A DNA stretch of 64,000 nt. It comes from Pseudonocardiaceae bacterium. Its GTDB lineage: Bacteria > Actinomycetota > Actinomycetes > Mycobacteriales > Pseudonocardiaceae. Below are positions 61,794 to 64,000 of the stretch, in pieces. How positions within the stretch are numbered: position 1 is the first letter of the stretch; every line of letters starts with the position of its first letter. The notes beneath the pieces were generated by a model. It was given only the letters and a program-made list of their open reading frames with translations, was not told the origin of the DNA and searched no databases. The DNA is taken from assembly GCA_036384655.1 (NCBI GenBank), contig DASVLX010000155.1, positions 10,110-74,109 on the forward strand, given 5' to 3'. The translations under genes and the position numbers were made by a program.

Positions 61794-64000
61794 GTGACTG
61801 ACCCGTCGGCCGACGTGCTGACGCTGTTCTCGCCGGCCACCCGGGAGTGGTTCGCCGGTGCCTTCGCCGCGCCCACGCCGGCACAGCGCGGAGCCTGGCG
61901 GGCGATCACGGCGGGCTCGCACACCCTGGTGGTCGCGCCGACCGGGTCCGGCAAGACGCTCGCCGCGTTCCTGTGGTCACTTGATCGGCTGACCGCGCCG
62001 CACCCGCCCGCCAATCCACGACGCCGCTGCCGGGTGCTGTACGTGTCGCCGCTGAAGGCGCTGGCCGTGGACGTGCAGCGCAACCTGCGCGCTCCGCTGG
62101 CCGGTATCCGGCATGCCGCGCGCCGGCTCGGTGTGCCGGAACCGGACATCACCGTCGGCATGCGCACCGGCGACACCCCGCCCCAGGAGCGCCGGTCGTT
62201 CCTGCGCACCCCACCGGACATCCTGGTCACCACGCCCGAGTCGCTGTTCCTGCTGCTCACCTCGCAGGCCCGGGAGTCGCTGCGCGGGGTGCGGACGGTG
62301 ATCGTGGACGAGGTACACGCGATGGCCGGCACCAAGCGCGGCGCGCATCTCGCGCTGTCGCTGGAACGGCTGGACGCGCTGCGCGCCAGCAACACCGACG
62401 GTGCCGACGGGCCGGACGACTCGGGCCCGGCGCAGCGGATCGGGCTGTCCGCGACGGTCCGGCCGGTGGACGAGGTCGGCGCCTTCCTGGCCGGCGGCCG
62501 GCCGGTCACCGTGGTCCGGCCGGAGATCGGCAAGACCGTCGAGGTGCGGGTCGAGGTGCCGGTCGCGGACCTCACCGAACTGGAGGCGACACCCGAGATC
62601 GACCCGGGCTCGCCTGTCGCCGCACCGGCGGAGACTCCGGAGGAGTCGGCGGAGGTCGTCGGCTCGGCCGCGGGCGGCGGCCGGCGGCAGCGCCCGTCGA
62701 TCTGGCCGGCGGTGGAGCGCCGCATCCTCGATCTGGTGCTCGCGCACCGCTCGACGATCGTGTTCGCGAACTCCCGGCGCCTCGCCGAACGACTCACCGC
62801 GCGGCTCAACGAGCTCGCCTCCGGCCAGGAGGAGATCATCGTCGGGCACTACCCGGCGGAGGCCGTCGGCCAGGCCGGTGTCGCCTACGGCGCCCCGGCG
62901 GTGGTCGCCCGGGCACACCACGGCTCGATGTCGCGCGAGCAGCGCACCGAGGTCGAGGAGGATCTGAAGTCCGGCAGGCTGCCCTGTGTGGTCGCCACCT
63001 CCTCACTGGAGCTGGGCATCGACATGGGCGCCGTGGATCTGGTGATCCAGGTGGAGTCGCCGCCGACGGTGGCATCCGGGCTGCAGCGGGTGGGCCGGGC
63101 CGGCCACCAGGTTGGCGCGGTGTCACGCGGTGTGGTGTTCCCGAAGTTCCGTGGTGACCTGGTGTCCTGCGCTGTGGTGGCCGAGCGGATGGCGGCCGGG
63201 AAGATCGAGGCACTGCGGTATCCGCGCAACCCGCTGGATGTGTTGGCCCAGCACGTGGTGTCGATGGTCTCGGTCGAACCGTGGTCGGTGACCGACCTGG
63301 CGAGCGTGGTGCGGCGGGCCGCGCCGTTCGCCTCGCTGCCGGACTCGGCGCTGCACGCGGTGCTGGACATGCTCGCGGGTCGCTATCCGAGCGAGGAGTT
63401 CGGCGAGTTGCGGCCCCGGATCACCTGGGACCGGGTCACCGGCGAACTGCGCGGCCGGCCCGGGGCGCAGCGGCTGGCGGTCACCTCCGGCGGCACCATC
63501 CCGGACCGTGGCCTGTTCACCGTGATGACCCCGCCGGACGAGCGCGGCGCCGGCTCGCGGGTCGGCGAGCTGGACGAGGAGATGGTCTACGAGTCGCGGG
63601 TCGGTGACGTGTTCCTGCTCGGCACGTCCTCATGGCGGGTGGAGGACATCACGCCCGACCGGGTGATCGTCACTCCCGCCCCCGGCCAGCCGGCTCGGAT
63701 GCCGTTCTGGAAGGGCGACGCACCAGGCCGGCCGCTGGAGCTGGGCCGCGCGGTGGGCCGGTTCGTACGTGAACTGGCCGCCGCGGACGAACCGACCGCC
63801 CGTGCCCGAGCGGCGGCGGCCGGGCTGGACGAGTGGGCCACCGACAACCTGCTTGGCTATCTGCACGACCAGCGCGAGGCCACCCGGCATATCCCGGACG
63901 ACCGGACGATCGTGGTGGAGCGGTTCCGGGACGAACTCGGCGACTGGCGGCTGGTGGTGCACTCGCCGTTCGGCGCGCAGGTCAACGCCCCCTGGGCACT
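61794..64000 (+). CDS. lhr: ATP-dependent helicase Lhr, 3' end beyond window
   Basis: This frame is open from 61737 to the window end and is not in the ORF track because it has no stop. GTG at 61794 gives VTDPSADVLTLFSPATREWFAGAFAAPTPAQRGAWRAI..LVVAPTGSGKTLAAF, then DEVHAMAGTKRG, ARAHHGSMSREQR, SSLELGIDMG, QRVGRAGH. GTG 61743 and GTG 61788 are alternative starts. Confidence 0.88.
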   Translation, partial: MTDPSADVLTLFSPATREWFAGAFAAPTPAQRGAWRAITAGSHTLVVAPTGSGKTLAAFLWSLDRLTAPHPPANPRRRCRVLYVSPLKALAVDVQRNLRAPLAGIRHAARRLGVPEPDITVGMRTGDTPPQERRSFLRTPPDILVTTPESLFLLLTSQARESLRGVRTVIVDEVHAMAGTKRGAHLALSLERLDALRASNTDGADGPDDSGPAQRIGLSATVRPVDEVGAFLAGGRPVTVVRPEIGKTVEVRVEVPVADLTELEATPEIDPGSPVAAPAETPEESAEVVGSAAGGGRRQRPSIWPAVERRILDLVLAHRSTIVFANSRRLAERLTARLNELASGQEEIIVGHYPAEAVGQAGVAYGAPAVVARAHHGSMSREQRTEVEEDLKSGRLPCVVATSSLELGIDMGAVDLVIQVESPPTVASGLQRVGRAGHQVGAVSRGVVFPKFRGDLVSCAVVAERMAAGKIEALRYPRNPLDVLAQHVVSMVSVEPWSVTDLASVVRRAAPFASLPDSALHAVLDMLAGRYPSEEFGELRPRITWDRVTGELRGRPGAQRLAVTSGGTIPDRGLFTVMTPPDERGAGSRVGELDEEMVYESRVGDVFLLGTSSWRVEDITPDRVIVTPAPGQPARMPFWKGDAPGRPLELGRAVGRFVRELAAADEPTARARAAAAGLDEWATDNLLGYLHDQREATRHIPDDRTIVVERFRDELGDWRLVVHSPFGAQVNAPWA

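Noticed and set aside
61733-62921. Minus-strand ORFs of 368 and 314 aa
   Set aside because: They lie antisense to the lhr helicase frame, which carries the GSGKT, DEVH and QRVGRAGH motifs and stays open to the window end.

Overview
High-G+C (about 70% or more by eye) actinobacterial chromosomal DNA. There are no rRNA or tRNA genes, CRISPR arrays, transposases or integrases. Most of the window is the conserved actinobacterial housekeeping block that, from memory, matches M. tuberculosis Rv2703-Rv2738c. In window order the genes are:
- principal sigma factor (hrdB/sigA, 5' partial), a ROK regulator and a CUT2 sugar ABC transporter
- an SF2 helicase, YihY, HrpA, GlpK, DUF3039, PsuG, DUF3099, Dtd
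- a group-2 sigma factor, class I fumarase, a Pat-type acetyltransferase with an HDAC/AcuC deacetylase, rhodanese, IdeR, GalK/GalE
- DUF4192, an S9 prolyl oligopeptidase, NfeD/flotillin
- NrdR-NrdJ, LexA, HflX, DapF, MiaA, DUF349, MiaB
- a TAXI solute receptor, a two-component system, SdhCAB, RecX, RecA, DUF3046, and the start of Lhr

The main anomaly is a lower-G+C segment of about 3.1 kb (34.84-38.01 kb) between nrdJ and the NfeD/flotillin pair. Hand counts on single 60-nt lines give 48-65% G+C there, against 67-78% in the flanks. It carries four same-strand genes: a TIGR04255-family protein, a predicted membrane-anchored XRE HTH protein, a 345-aa protein with no motif I recognise, and a HicB-like small protein. 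The first three are joined by two GTGA start/stop overlaps. I rate this the best candidate for an undescribed defence or toxin-antitoxin-like system.

Other points of interest:
- RecA is interrupted in its P-loop by a 366-aa LAGLIDADG intein.
- Streptomyces-type DnaA boxes (TTGTCCACA) cluster at three places: upstream of the peptidase, inside its CDS as an in-frame 3 x 15 bp array, and upstream of nrdR.
- A REP-like intergenic repeat family sits downstream of three genes.
- Several 15-bp tandem repeats occur.
- Canonical SOS boxes are present at lexA and recA.

All calls rest on reading the translated ORFs and the sequence by eye. No database search was run.
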